Numbered from the stretch's first letter, positions 46,141-56,611 are shown. The stretch: DNA of 64,000 nt from a virus (IMGVR_UViG_3300029288_000080:96001-160000), one strand, 5' to 3'. Notes: generated by a model not told the origin, from the letters alone. Translations and numbers: made by a program.

Positions 46141-48261
46141 GTGCTGATCTCCACCGCCCAGCAGGCCGTGACCCGCCAGATGATCGAGGGGACCAACGGG
46201 CTCTTGATCCCCAGGGGCTTGGCATACCCGCTGGACCCATTTCTGCTTGGCACGGTACGACATGGTCGCAAGCTCGGGTTTGAATATGCGATGCTGGTCC
46301 CGGATAATCGCTGGCGGCTTGCCGAGGATGCTGTCTACCTGACGGATCGCTTCATCCTGGACGACATTCCCCAGTGGCTGCGGCCAGGCGACTACATCTC
46401 GATCGGGCTGCGCGAAATGCACCGGGTCGTAGACATTTCCGACGAGACCGTCATGTTGGCGACCCGGATCATGGCAGACCACGATGCCGGGACCTACGTG
46501 TACCACTACTCGTCGATGGCCGAGGTCGAGGGGGCCTACCAGGTTGGCCAGACCAACATCAATGTGGATTTGCCGGTTGGCTGGTTCTGCGTCCCAGGAG
46601 ACGTCATTTCCATCCTGTACGCCGCGGGCGACCTTTTCCCGTCGTTCGTCCACTACAACGTCGTGACCGCGAGTCTCGTGGGGTCCACGTCGGCAACGTC
46701 CCAGTGGTTCCTGACGCTAGATCAAGGGCTGCACCGTGCCCTTGCCGACGCGGAAGAAATCCAGCTCCGGGCTTACCCAGCGTATCAGTCCCGTGCCCTC
46801 AAGGTCCCGCAGGCCGGCGTTGCGCTGGTTGGAGTAGTGGGACCCTACCTGTTGGACTGGACATCGGTTCCCTTTCTGGACGGTCCGGAAGTCTATGAGC
46901 ACCAGACCGTCCAGTACCTGGACGATACGTTGGTCCCGGTAGAATCCCCGTTTATGATCCAGAAAAACGCCGCCGTCATGGACGCGCCCATCCGGGCTGA
47001 CCAGTTTTTCTTCTGGGACCTGGTAGCAGGAGACTTGAATTACGACGACACCCTCGGGAGGGTCTTGGGAAGCCGCGACGCTGCTGGTTGGTGGTGGATC
47101 AAATCCACGATGGCGCCGGCCATGGAAATACCCGTCGTGGCCGCTGCCGGCATGATCATCACGGTGGCACCGGCCTCTCTGGTCGACAATGACTACTTCC
47201 TCTTGACCGACGACCTTGACACCCAAAGGATCGAATACCAGGTAACCGCAGGGTACGTCGCGACTGCCGAAACCCCAGCGACCGGTGCCATTACCGTCGG
47301 GGCCATCCCGGTGGATAACGACACCCTCGTGGTGGACAACGGGCTCGGCACTGTCGTGATTTTTGAGTTTCAGGCAACCGGGGCATTTATCTCGGCCAAC
47401 GCTACTTATCGAATCATCGACGTCCAAGCAGCAGCACTCCCGACCGACGTGGCCGTCGCGATCGAGACTGCCGTCATGGCGGTCAGGGCCGTCCTGGGGA
47501 TCTCGGCCGTGAACGTCGGGCCAGTAGTCAACCTGACCCACGATACTGTGACGACCAGGGCCAACGTGCCCTTGGCTATCACGGGTGCTTGGTTAGGGGC
47601 TCCGCTTGCAGGGATGACCGGAGGTTCCCACGCGGTCGAAACCGTTGACGTGTCGTCGGCCTTGATTACCACGGCCATCCAGGTGGCAGCCCTGACCGCC
47701 GCAGCAGTCAACCGTTCTGGGCTCCACATCACGGCCCACGCTACCGCCACGGCCCCATCGATTGCTCTTGTTTCCACGGTCCCGGGGCCTGCTGGCAATC
47801 AGCCGATCCAGGAGTTTGTCCTGGCCCCTGGGTTCCTGGTGTCCGGGATGTCAGGAGGGTTTGGAGGACGTTCCTGGTCGTTCACGATTAAATCAGAATC
47901 GGCCGCGTTGCTGCGGGTCAGGTTCTACCCGAACGCCTGGCAGGATTTCAACCTCGTGGCCGCGGTCGACACTCCTGTGGCGGTCCAGTTGCTCGCGACA
48001 GACCAACCGGTAGAACGGATCGACATTTTGGTCGCGAGTGTGCCACCTGCAGTTCCTGGTGGCGAAATCCAGATGACCGACTGGGGCGTCAGCCACGCAA
48101 GAATCAGGGCTCTACGCCACACCTACGTGGCCCATGTGCAAGGTGGCCGTACTTTCGCCTGCACGGGTATGTGGGCCAAGCCAGTGTGGCGGTCGCTTGA
48201 CGATCTCAAACTTCCGATGAACGGCACCGGGGCGCTAAACTCCGGTTTCGCGATGGTGTAG
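46141..48261 (+). CDS. Large virion structural protein
   Basis: Beta-rich, with repeated ATG.ITV/GMTGG modules. Confidence 0.65.
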   Translation: MLISTAQQAVTRQMIEGTNGLLIPRGLAYPLDPFLLGTVRHGRKLGFEYAMLVPDNRWRLAEDAVYLTDRFILDDIPQWLRPGDYISIGLREMHRVVDISDETVMLATRIMADHDAGTYVYHYSSMAEVEGAYQVGQTNINVDLPVGWFCVPGDVISILYAAGDLFPSFVHYNVVTASLVGSTSATSQWFLTLDQGLHRALADAEEIQLRAYPAYQSRALKVPQAGVALVGVVGPYLLDWTSVPFLDGPEVYEHQTVQYLDDTLVPVESPFMIQKNAAVMDAPIRADQFFFWDLVAGDLNYDDTLGRVLGSRDAAGWWWIKSTMAPAMEIPVVAAAGMIITVAPASLVDNDYFLLTDDLDTQRIEYQVTAGYVATAETPATGAITVGAIPVDNDTLVVDNGLGTVVIFEFQATGAFISANATYRIIDVQAAALPTDVAVAIETAVMAVRAVLGISAVNVGPVVNLTHDTVTTRANVPLAITGAWLGAPLAGMTGGSHAVETVDVSSALITTAIQVAALTAAAVNRSGLHITAHATATAPSIALVSTVPGPAGNQPIQEFVLAPGFLVSGMSGGFGGRSWSFTIKSESAALLRVRFYPNAWQDFNLVAAVDTPVAVQLLATDQPVERIDILVASVPPAVPGGEIQMTDWGVSHARIRALRHTYVAHVQGGRTFACTGMWAKPVWRSLDDLKLPMNGTGALNSGFAMV

Positions 48262-48262
48262 C

Positions 48263-50455
48263 ATGGGTAGCATTCCAGCCCTCAATTATACGATCCGCCA
48301 TTCCCTGGACCGACTCAAGCGGCAGCACCTCTACTACGAGGAGGAAATCCTCAAGACCCGCCAGCTCGTCTTTGGAATGCCCGGGATCGTCACGACCCCG
48401 AGTTACGGGATGGTTTCTGGCACGGATCCGGCCAGCCATGTAACCGGTTCCACTGACCCGTTGGTTGTCTCGGTCAACTCGGGGGTACCCACGACCGTAG
48501 ACGTGAACCCCGGGACCCTGGTGTTTCGCTCGGGGGTCTGGATGGACCTCCACACCACAGTCCGACAGATTGCCTTGGCAGACCCGACCGTCGGGGTCGC
48601 CAACGTCGTGTACGTGCAGTACCAGTTGGAAGATGCCCCGTTGTCGCTCAACGACGCCAACCAGTTGGTCGTGCCCCACACGATGCGGATCGGCGGCACC
48701 ATTGATACGTCTACCCTGCCCGAATCCATCCTGGTGGCCTGCACGACCGTCACGGGCTACCTGGCGTTCTCGACCGCGACCCTTGACGACGTCGTGCCCA
48801 TCGCGATCATCACGAACCAGCAGACGTCGGGCGGAACCATTGCGATTTCGATTGACCACACCCGAGAATCCTACACGTGGAATCGTCCGTGGTTCAGTGT
48901 CCAGGACGTGGAACACCGCGGCCATGTGGGCTCCGGGACCGTCACGGACACCAACATCCATGGCGTGGGTGTGCCAGACCTGACTGTTGGCGATTTTTCC
49001 ATGATGCAGTTGCTCCTGGACTACGGGATGGTCGTGGCCGATGACCGTGACACCCCGAAGGTTCCTGGATACCGCTGCACCGTAGAAATGGCAGCACCCT
49101 TCCTTGGACCCGATGACCTCGTTGGAACCGCCACGGGCTACCCTGGCGCCATGTATTACGAACTTCCTGACTACCCCGTGGCAGTAGGACAATGCTGGCG
49201 AGCCTCCACGCTGGAGGTATTTCCGGCACTTCATGTCGTCGGGACCAACCGGGTGGTATTCCCGTACGAAGCACCTCCCGGTGGCGACACCCTCTGGATC
49301 AACTACAACAGGGTACCGGCTTGCGAGCCACCGGTCAACGGCACCACGACCTTTCGGTCCAATAATCCGTCAACCGGCGAGGTAGTGATTGCAGGCGGTG
49401 CAACGTTCACGAGTCTGGTCAACGTTGAAGAAACAATGGGTGACGCCTACCTGTTTCCTCAGCAGTACGACTTTTTTGTTGACGGCACCGGGGCGCTGCT
49501 CAAAACCCCCCAGGTGGTTTTCTGTTGGAAACGTCTGGATGATATCGGGGCTTCAATAGTCCCGACGATCACGCAATATGGTCCTGGTCGGATCATGGTG
49601 GGGTTGTCGGGTGCTGCCGTGGGTTTCGGCACCATCCAGGTATCTATCGTAGGGATCGACACCACCGGGGCCACCATCACGGATGTCTTGACTTTCACGG
49701 GTGGCACCTGGACCGACCCCGGTCCGCCTGGCACCACCACGATTGTGCCTGGAGCGTGTCAGGTTACCCCCAGGGTATTTGCGTCGGTCACGAACATTCA
49801 GGTATCCGACATTCCGCCCGGTCATGGTCCCAACGCCGGCATCATGGCCTGGAGCCTCCAGACCCCCACGAGCAACTATGACAAAATGAAAGACGCGATG
49901 CACGTCGCGTCTGCCACTTGGAACGGCTACTCTTTCTCCAACCTGTTGGACCGCAGGATCATATCCACCACTGTAAAGCCCGAATCCAACGAGATGGACC
50001 GCCAGCAGGACGCCTTGGCGTTCATGCTGCACGCCGGTGGTAACTCCACCGTTTACTGCGAAGACCTTCGTAGGCCCAGATACAACTCGCTTGTGGACCC
50101 AGATGATGTCTACGCTGGTGGCCTCAACTCTAACCAGCATTACCCACTGTTCCAAACTGGCAAATGGGCAGTTGGGTCTGTCGGTAACTACCAGTCAATT
50201 GCATTCCCAGTCGACAATACCGTTGCCGGGCTCGCTTGGCGAGTGTCACTACTGCGAGATGCTCGGCGTACACCCGTAGGCTGGAATCCCACTCCTCTAT
50301 TTATCGCGTATTATGGTGGTTTTTGGCATCCTTTTGTCATGACCGTGGTGGCTGGTTTGCCCGATACTTACGAATGTGTAGTGGGCGGGGTTCCGTCCAG
50401 ATGTGTCTTGTACCTCCTCAACATCACGGCCAATGGTTACGTTCTCTACGGTTAA
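48263..50455 (+). CDS. Large virion structural protein (baseplate/tail)
   Basis: 730 aa, Thr/Val/Gly-rich. Confidence 0.65.
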   Translation: MGSIPALNYTIRHSLDRLKRQHLYYEEEILKTRQLVFGMPGIVTTPSYGMVSGTDPASHVTGSTDPLVVSVNSGVPTTVDVNPGTLVFRSGVWMDLHTTVRQIALADPTVGVANVVYVQYQLEDAPLSLNDANQLVVPHTMRIGGTIDTSTLPESILVACTTVTGYLAFSTATLDDVVPIAIITNQQTSGGTIAISIDHTRESYTWNRPWFSVQDVEHRGHVGSGTVTDTNIHGVGVPDLTVGDFSMMQLLLDYGMVVADDRDTPKVPGYRCTVEMAAPFLGPDDLVGTATGYPGAMYYELPDYPVAVGQCWRASTLEVFPALHVVGTNRVVFPYEAPPGGDTLWINYNRVPACEPPVNGTTTFRSNNPSTGEVVIAGGATFTSLVNVEETMGDAYLFPQQYDFFVDGTGALLKTPQVVFCWKRLDDIGASIVPTITQYGPGRIMVGLSGAAVGFGTIQVSIVGIDTTGATITDVLTFTGGTWTDPGPPGTTTIVPGACQVTPRVFASVTNIQVSDIPPGHGPNAGIMAWSLQTPTSNYDKMKDAMHVASATWNGYSFSNLLDRRIISTTVKPESNEMDRQQDALAFMLHAGGNSTVYCEDLRRPRYNSLVDPDDVYAGGLNSNQHYPLFQTGKWAVGSVGNYQSIAFPVDNTVAGLAWRVSLLRDARRTPVGWNPTPLFIAYYGGFWHPFVMTVVAGLPDTYECVVGGVPSRCVLYLLNITANGYVLYG

Positions 50456-50464
50456 GGACTAACG

Positions 50465-51376
50465 ATGTCCAAACAGCTACGCTATTGGGATTACGGCCGG
50501 GTTTACGATAACCTGGATTTCACCTCTGCCCAGTACACCATCCACCTGGCTGGTCCATACCGCGGCTTTGCCCTGTCGGCCAGCCTGACCGGGAACCTGG
50601 AGATCGCGGCGGGTTCGGGGGTGCTGCATGACGGCTTCGTCTGGTCCGAGGACGATGTCACACCCGTGACGTTCGTGCCTCAAGTTGCCGCGGCGGTCTG
50701 GACCGTGGTCGCGACCCATGTGAATCGCCAGATTTTCGGCGGTGAGCCGGTCCTATACGAGTTGCGCCTGGGCTATTTCGGTACCGTGGTGGACGGGGCT
50801 GTCCTGGGTTGGATCCTGTACCCCGGGGCCAACGCGGTCCTGACCACAGCGATGTGCAGGACGGCCCCGAGCCTCCTGAGCCAAGCCAACCTGTACGCCT
50901 CGATGCTGCCGGACGAACGGTTGCCTCCATTCAACGACCAGAATGGGTGCTTCACCCAGACGGTCGACCCTGACGTGACCCTGACGTCCCTGGCGTTCGA
51001 CGCAGGATTTTTCGTGGTCAACCAGACCGCCGCCCACGCGGTCCCGGGGCCTCCTGGCACCTCCGAGGTCATCCAGCATGTCCAGTTCTACGCGGGGACG
51101 CGCCCGGCCTTTATCCGGTTGTACCTGGACGTCCCTGGGGCCGCCAGTACCGACGTGACCGTCGAGGTCTACGATACCGCCTTGGCCCCGGTGGCCTGTA
51201 CCGGTGGAGTCATCAGCAACACAGTCGGGTGGGAGGAACACGTCGTCACGGTGGACCCCACGGCCGGGACCTTCACGGTCGGGATGCCCTGGACCATCCG
51301 GGTGACCCAGACGATGGACCCGGGCCTGACCATCAGGATCGCGCGGATCCGCTGCGAGTTCTGGCCCTTCCCGTAG
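50465..51376 (+). CDS. Virion structural protein
   Basis: AAGGA RBS; beta-rich. Confidence 0.65.
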   Translation: MSKQLRYWDYGRVYDNLDFTSAQYTIHLAGPYRGFALSASLTGNLEIAAGSGVLHDGFVWSEDDVTPVTFVPQVAAAVWTVVATHVNRQIFGGEPVLYELRLGYFGTVVDGAVLGWILYPGANAVLTTAMCRTAPSLLSQANLYASMLPDERLPPFNDQNGCFTQTVDPDVTLTSLAFDAGFFVVNQTAAHAVPGPPGTSEVIQHVQFYAGTRPAFIRLYLDVPGAASTDVTVEVYDTALAPVACTGGVISNTVGWEEHVVTVDPTAGTFTVGMPWTIRVTQTMDPGLTIRIARIRCEFWPFP

Positions 51377-51383
51377 GCGCAAC

Positions 51384-51851
51384 ATGCGAACCTTAGTTAA
51401 GTTCTACCAGAATTTCACCGAGACCTCGACCAACCGGCTCGTGACCCGTACCCTGGGTAAGCTCGGGGTTGTGGACCGCGAATCCTTGGTGGCGGCCCGG
51501 ACCAAACCCAGTCCCGGAGATTGGTGGTACTGTGACATCGTCCAGGAAGTCTGTGCCGGGGCTGACCGCGGGGTGTTTGTCCTGCGGCCGGTGTCAAAAC
51601 TGCCGGTCCTGGAACAAGACGGGTTCTCAACCGTTGATATCCTTCACCTGGTTCCGGGGTTGTACACGAGCCAGCGGTGTCAGAACGTCATGCTGTTGCA
51701 CCCCAAGCGTCCTGACCGCCACTGGATTGCCTCGAGCGATCTGCGACGCCACATTGTAGACCGCCATATGCTCCCGGGGGGCCGCTACGGGATCAACTCG
51801 GTCGTGGTGGTGTTTGACGGGGCCGACGACTGGCCCAAGAAGTACTCCTGA
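51384..51851 (+). CDS. Hypothetical protein
   Basis: Packed in the operon. Confidence 0.6.
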   Translation: MRTLVKFYQNFTETSTNRLVTRTLGKLGVVDRESLVAARTKPSPGDWWYCDIVQEVCAGADRGVFVLRPVSKLPVLEQDGFSTVDILHLVPGLYTSQRCQNVMLLHPKRPDRHWIASSDLRRHIVDRHMLPGGRYGINSVVVVFDGADDWPKKYS

Positions 51852-52183
51852 TGGGCAGTTGTTGTCGAGGCCGCGGGGCCACCAGGTCCGCAGGGGCACC
51901 CCAGCACCCCGACTGCCGAGACGTGGAGCAGGCCGGGGCCCTCATGATGGTGTATCCCATCTCCACCCCCCAGGGGATGCGCCTGGTCCTCAAGACGGCC
52001 CGGCACGGCCTTGTCGATATCGGGTCATACGCTGTTGCACTTCAATGCGGCGGTTCTACGGTTCAACTGCTCCGCCGCTACGCCCCAGATCTACAGAAAC
52101 TCGCCGCTACCCAACCGATCAAGTTCGCCCCGTGGGTCGGGAAGGGTCTTAGCCTGTCCGATGCAGTCGCGATGCTCCGATAA
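51851..52183 (+). CDS. Hypothetical protein
   Basis: TGATG coupling. Confidence 0.55.
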   Translation: MGSCCRGRGATRSAGAPQHPDCRDVEQAGALMMVYPISTPQGMRLVLKTARHGLVDIGSYAVALQCGGSTVQLLRRYAPDLQKLAATQPIKFAPWVGKGLSLSDAVAMLR

Positions 52184-52224
52184 TCCCTCTTGACACCATG
52201 GCCTTGATCCGGTAAAACCATCTT

Positions 52225-52314
52225 GCGGCCAGGCCCACCATCAAAGTTTCCTTCGGGAGCAGGTGGGCTACGTCGTCACCCCAAAACCCGCCTTGTGGCG
52301 GGTTTTGTGTTTCT
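52225..52314 (+). ncRNA. Candidate small RNA
   Basis: TTGACA-17-TAAAAC promoter (52190-52218), GCCCACC/GGTGGGC stem with cUUCGg loop, then a terminator; no ATG. Confidence 0.4.
52282..52314 (+). terminator. Intrinsic terminator
   Basis: CAAAACCCGCC-TTGT-GGCGGGTTTTG followed by a T-rich tail. Confidence 0.8.
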
Positions 52315-52356
52315 GGCTTTAATATCAGCCAACAAAGCGAAGCCGAAAATAAAATG

Positions 52357-52385
52357 TTGACAAGCGCAAACACCTGAGCCATAAT
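52357..52385 (+). promoter_or_regulatory. Sigma70 promoter (leaderless transcript)
   Basis: TTGACA-17-CATAAT with ATG 7 nt downstream. Confidence 0.6.
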
Positions 52386-52391
52386 ATCCAT

Positions 52392-52664
52392 ATGACAACC
52401 CAACGATTACTTTTCGTCGATAAGTGGGTTTCTTTTCCCGGTGGCTGTGTGGTGATGCCCCTGGCCGAGAAGCCTTCAACTGTATGGACTTTACTGGCCT
52501 ACACCGATCTCAGTCATCCGCCTACGCTACCGTGCCGATTAACCAGGGCCGACGGTGCGATGTATGAAGAAGAAGCGTACGACTGGTGTTGGACAGACGG
52601 CAAGTTCCGCTACTTCAGTCATGCTGGCAACGGGCCCGTGTGGCTCCTGCTCGAGTACAAGTGA
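52392..52664 (+). CDS. Hypothetical protein
   Basis: Leaderless start; TGATG coupling to the next gene. Confidence 0.6.
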   Translation: MTTQRLLFVDKWVSFPGGCVVMPLAEKPSTVWTLLAYTDLSHPPTLPCRLTRADGAMYEEEAYDWCWTDGKFRYFSHAGNGPVWLLLEYK

Positions 52665-53419
52665 TGGCCAGGTTGATCTGCATCGGTGACGTCCACGGTC
52701 ACCTGGACGAACTCAACGCACTCCTGCTTCAGGTGCAGGTACGGCCAGGAGATCGTCTGGTGTTCTTGGGCGACCTGGTGGACCGTGGCCCCGACTCCCC
52801 CGGGGTGGTTCGACGAGTCCGGGGACTCCTCCACACTTTTCCTGGTTCCACAGCCCTGTTGGGCAACCACGAGAGTCAACTGGTGCAACTGGCCAAGCGG
52901 TCTAATTGCGACCAGTGGATCCACGACCTCACCGATGAGGAGTTCCATTGGCTCACGGGGCTCCCGGTGTTCACACGGGACCCTGAGCGCAGCATCCTGA
53001 TGGTCCACGGGGGTCTCTACCCCAGGTACTTCGCACACTACCCCGCGGGTGTCCCGGTCGATTGGGAAGCAGTCGCGGCACTGCCCCGCAAACAGCGCGA
53101 ACGGATCCACCGATTTTGTCGCGTCCGCTACTGCGACCCCGATGGCGATGTCGTAGCCCTTGGAGAAGAAACCACCGAGGACCACTTCTGGGCCGACCTG
53201 TACGACGGCCGCGAGGGTTTCGTGGTGTTCGGCCACGAGCCCTACCGGGATGCTCCTCGCCGATTTCCCCATGCCCTCGGGATCGACGGGGTGTTCGAGA
53301 TTTTGGCGGCCGTGTGGGACCAGGGCCCCGATCCGGTCATCTTCCGGCAGCCGACCATCACGGCCACGACCGCAGCAGTAGTCCGGATGCTCGCCAACCT
53401 GGGGGTCAAGATCAAATGA
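52664..53419 (+). CDS. Ser/Thr protein phosphatase / ApaH-like metallophosphoesterase
   Basis: GDVHG, GDLVDRG, GNHE, VHGG and FGH. Confidence 0.9.
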   Translation: MARLICIGDVHGHLDELNALLLQVQVRPGDRLVFLGDLVDRGPDSPGVVRRVRGLLHTFPGSTALLGNHESQLVQLAKRSNCDQWIHDLTDEEFHWLTGLPVFTRDPERSILMVHGGLYPRYFAHYPAGVPVDWEAVAALPRKQRERIHRFCRVRYCDPDGDVVALGEETTEDHFWADLYDGREGFVVFGHEPYRDAPRRFPHALGIDGVFEILAAVWDQGPDPVIFRQPTITATTAAVVRMLANLGVKIK

Positions 53420-53598
53420 GCCAAGAAATCACCCCGGCCCGCCCGATCGACGCGTATTGCGCGGGGATCCCGGCGCTCGGCACCACCCTAACCCTGGCTT
53501 ACCTGGGGTACGGGCTGCCCCAGTTACTCCTCGGGGTCGTGTTGTCCAGCCTCGCGGGCCTTGGGGTCTCGGAATTTCTACTGCACTGGCGAGACTGA
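53416..53598 (+). CDS. Small membrane protein
   Basis: ATGA overlap, two hydrophobic helices. Confidence 0.5.
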   Translation: MSQEITPARPIDAYCAGIPALGTTLTLAYLGYGLPQLLLGVVLSSLAGLGVSEFLLHWRD

Positions 53599-53632
53599 CC
53601 CACGGCAGCCCGCACCTCGGTAAAACCGAGGT

Positions 53633-56611
53633 ATGCCAACTTCCCGTCTAACTCCCGGTCGTCCCGCCATCTGCCAAGCCTGCCCGCTCCAAGAATCAGC
53701 GGGGCTCACTCGTCACTGCTGTTCCGTCCAGCAGGGTCGTGACACCTCCCTGATGATCATCGGGGACCACCCGGTTGACCTACAGCCCCATGGGGCTGAG
53801 CCCTTCACTGACCCAGCGGGTCAGATGCTCCAGCGGGTCATGGGGCAGGTGACCCAAGGGAACAGTGGCGTCGCCTACGGGTACTGTGTGCGGTGCCGCC
53901 CGATGGACCGGGGCAAGCCTGACAAAACCCGCCCGGCCACCGCCACGGAGGCCAACCACTGCCGGGTCAACGTCGCGAAAGACCTGGCCCTGCTGAAGCC
54001 CAAACAAGTGGTGTTGCTGGGCCTCGGGGCTGCAAAACTCCTGGCTCAACTGCCCGATGGTTCGGCCGTGTCGGCCAAGGTTCAGTTGGGCGACCTGCGG
54101 GGCCGCGACCTCCACTGCACCGCCCACGACGGCACCAAGATCCCCGTGATCGTCACGTACGACCCGGAGTTCATCCAGCGGAACCCCACGGTCGCGGCGA
54201 CGTGGCGCGACGATTTCCTGCGGGCCTGGCTTCGGGGGTCCGGTCGGCTCCCAGACGATTCCCGTGACGGCAAAGTCTACACCCTCGACACCATTGAGAA
54301 GGTTAGGAAGTTTGCCCGGCGGGTCGCGAAACTAAAGCGTGGCGATATTTTGGTCCTGGACTACGAGACCGAGGGACTCGGCCGCGTGGAAAACAAGATC
54401 CTGACCGCTGGTTTTGCATTTGACCCGGACCACGCCTATGTGATCCCGATGCAGCACCAGGAAGCCCCGTGGTCAGGGCCCGAATACCGAGAAATCGTGG
54501 GCTTGATCAAGCAGATCCTGACCAAGCCGGCTCCCTACTGGATCGGGGGCCACAACCTCAAGTTCGAGTTGCAGGTAACCCGTGGGCAACTGGGTTTTGA
54601 GATCGACCTACCCTGCTGCGACACCATGTTGAGGGCCCATGCACTCAATCCCGACTACGGTCGGGTGGATAAAAAGTCTCAGGGCCACGACGACGATGCT
54701 GTTGACCAGATTGTAGACACCACCGGGGACATTCAGGTCGGGGGTTTCGGGCTCAAGAGCCAGTCCAAGGAATGCCTGAACTTTCACCACTATGAAGACG
54801 AAGATGTGGCCGCTACGGTCGGGCGCCGCAACGAAGCGAAGTTGGCGTTACTGCCGCTCGACAAGGTTATCCGGTACAACGGGATTGATGGCTTCGTGAC
54901 CTTCCGGCTGAACCACTACCAAGACGTCATGGCCGAGGCCATGGGGTACCGAAAAAAGTTGACTCGGTTGTGCCGTGGCATGCACACCAAGGTCTTGGCC
55001 GTCCTGGTAGAAATGGAAACCAACGGGATCCGGGTGGACAAAGAATACCTCCGGATGTTGCTCCACGACGATTCCATCGTGCAGACCCGAATGCAGGAGA
55101 TTTCCCAGGAGTTTTGTGCCCTGCCCTCGGTCCAGGAGGCCAATCGACGCCTCCTGGCCGACAGGTATGGTGGCCAGGCTGGCCTGTGGGGCCAAGGGGC
55201 TGGTGAATCCTGGGTGTTCTCGATGCGGCAAGCTCTGTCCAAGAAAATTTTGCTGATTGACGTCCTGGAGTTGGAGCCCCTAAAGCACACGGCCGCCGGG
55301 GCGGTGTCAATCGACAAAAAATTCCTGGAGAACTACGCCGGGGTCCCGGAAGTAGACCTTCTGGCCGAGTGGACCGCACTCGCAACGATCAAGTCCAGGT
55401 ATCTCGTCGGGACCAACAAGGTCATGCTGGCAGACCCGGACATGCGGGATGGGCGAGCCAGGGCGCAGTTCCGGCCAGCCGGCACCATCACGGGGCGGAT
55501 TTCGGCCGCCGGGATCAACGTCCTGAACGTGCCGAAAAAGGCCGAGGACGGGTCTAAGAAGGCGTCGGCCTCACTGATCAAGCGGATGTACATCTGCGAT
55601 CCTGGTCATGTGATGGTCTGCGGTGACTACTCGCAAGCTGAGGTCCGGTGGCTCGCGGCCCTGACGCAAGACCCCGATATGCTCAAGGCGTTCGGGGCTG
55701 CGTGGGATATGCGGGCCTTGTGTCTCAAGGACCCATCCCCTGAAAATCTCAAGCGGCTGGACGCCGAGGGTGACTTCCACAAGCAAACCGCCTCGATGGT
55801 GTTCGACGTCCCGATCTCCAAGGTTACGAAGGAGCAGCGAGGCCAGTCGAAAGGCGTGGTCTTTGGCCAAATTTATGGTCAAGGATTACCGGCACTTGCA
55901 GCGATCCTGAAGAAAACCAAGGCCCAGACCGAGGAGTTCATCACGAGGTTCTTCGCGCGCTTCCCCGTGGCCAAAGACGCCTTGGCCCAGATGGCCCAGG
56001 ACGGGTTTGAAAATGGGTTTGCCGAGTCCCCGACGGGCCGGCGCAAACAATTCGTCACCAAGATGATCGCGGGGGACGCCCAGGCTCTACAGTATTGTTC
56101 TGGTAAACTACGGTCGCTCCGGGGCCGTGAGGAGCGGGTGGCCCGCAACATGCCGATCCAGGGGATTTCCTCCGACATGAACCTGACGGCCTGCTACCGG
56201 ATCATCCAGTATTACCGACGACACAATCTTCCGTGGCGCCTGATCAACTCGGTCTACGACTCCATCATGCTGGAAGTACCGCGTCAAGATGCCGAGCACT
56301 GCGTCGAGGTGGTGCAGTCCATTATGGAACGGGAAGATTTGCTCGCGGGATTTGGGATTGACCCAGGACTCAGGTTCCTGGCGGAAATGTCCGTCGGGAC
56401 CCACTGGGGCAACCAGGTGGACATCACGGCAGGCGAGCAGCAGTGGAAGGTGGGGTGCAGGTCCTGCAAAAAGTCCCGCGAGGAGAAAAAGAAGCCGACC
56501 AACCATCGGTGCGAATCATGTGGGTCCACCGACGTATACCTCGAGTTGATCAAGGGGCCACATGATTTGGCGTTTAAGTGGCTGGATCGCCAACTCAGGG
56601 GCAAGGCGTGA
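53633..56611 (+). CDS. polA: Family A DNA polymerase with N-terminal family-4 UDG-like domain, 3'-5' exonuclease and C-terminal Zn ribbon
   Basis: Exo DYET, HNLKFE and YNGID; Pol motifs DYSQAE, R...K...FG..YG and VYDS. Confidence 0.92.
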   Translation: MPTSRLTPGRPAICQACPLQESAGLTRHCCSVQQGRDTSLMIIGDHPVDLQPHGAEPFTDPAGQMLQRVMGQVTQGNSGVAYGYCVRCRPMDRGKPDKTRPATATEANHCRVNVAKDLALLKPKQVVLLGLGAAKLLAQLPDGSAVSAKVQLGDLRGRDLHCTAHDGTKIPVIVTYDPEFIQRNPTVAATWRDDFLRAWLRGSGRLPDDSRDGKVYTLDTIEKVRKFARRVAKLKRGDILVLDYETEGLGRVENKILTAGFAFDPDHAYVIPMQHQEAPWSGPEYREIVGLIKQILTKPAPYWIGGHNLKFELQVTRGQLGFEIDLPCCDTMLRAHALNPDYGRVDKKSQGHDDDAVDQIVDTTGDIQVGGFGLKSQSKECLNFHHYEDEDVAATVGRRNEAKLALLPLDKVIRYNGIDGFVTFRLNHYQDVMAEAMGYRKKLTRLCRGMHTKVLAVLVEMETNGIRVDKEYLRMLLHDDSIVQTRMQEISQEFCALPSVQEANRRLLADRYGGQAGLWGQGAGESWVFSMRQALSKKILLIDVLELEPLKHTAAGAVSIDKKFLENYAGVPEVDLLAEWTALATIKSRYLVGTNKVMLADPDMRDGRARAQFRPAGTITGRISAAGINVLNVPKKAEDGSKKASASLIKRMYICDPGHVMVCGDYSQAEVRWLAALTQDPDMLKAFGAAWDMRALCLKDPSPENLKRLDAEGDFHKQTASMVFDVPISKVTKEQRGQSKGVVFGQIYGQGLPALAAILKKTKAQTEEFITRFFARFPVAKDALAQMAQDGFENGFAESPTGRRKQFVTKMIAGDAQALQYCSGKLRSLRGREERVARNMPIQGISSDMNLTACYRIIQYYRRHNLPWRLINSVYDSIMLEVPRQDAEHCVEVVQSIMEREDLLAGFGIDPGLRFLAEMSVGTHWGNQVDITAGEQQWKVGCRSCKKSREEKKKPTNHRCESCGSTDVYLELIKGPHDLAFKWLDRQLRGKA

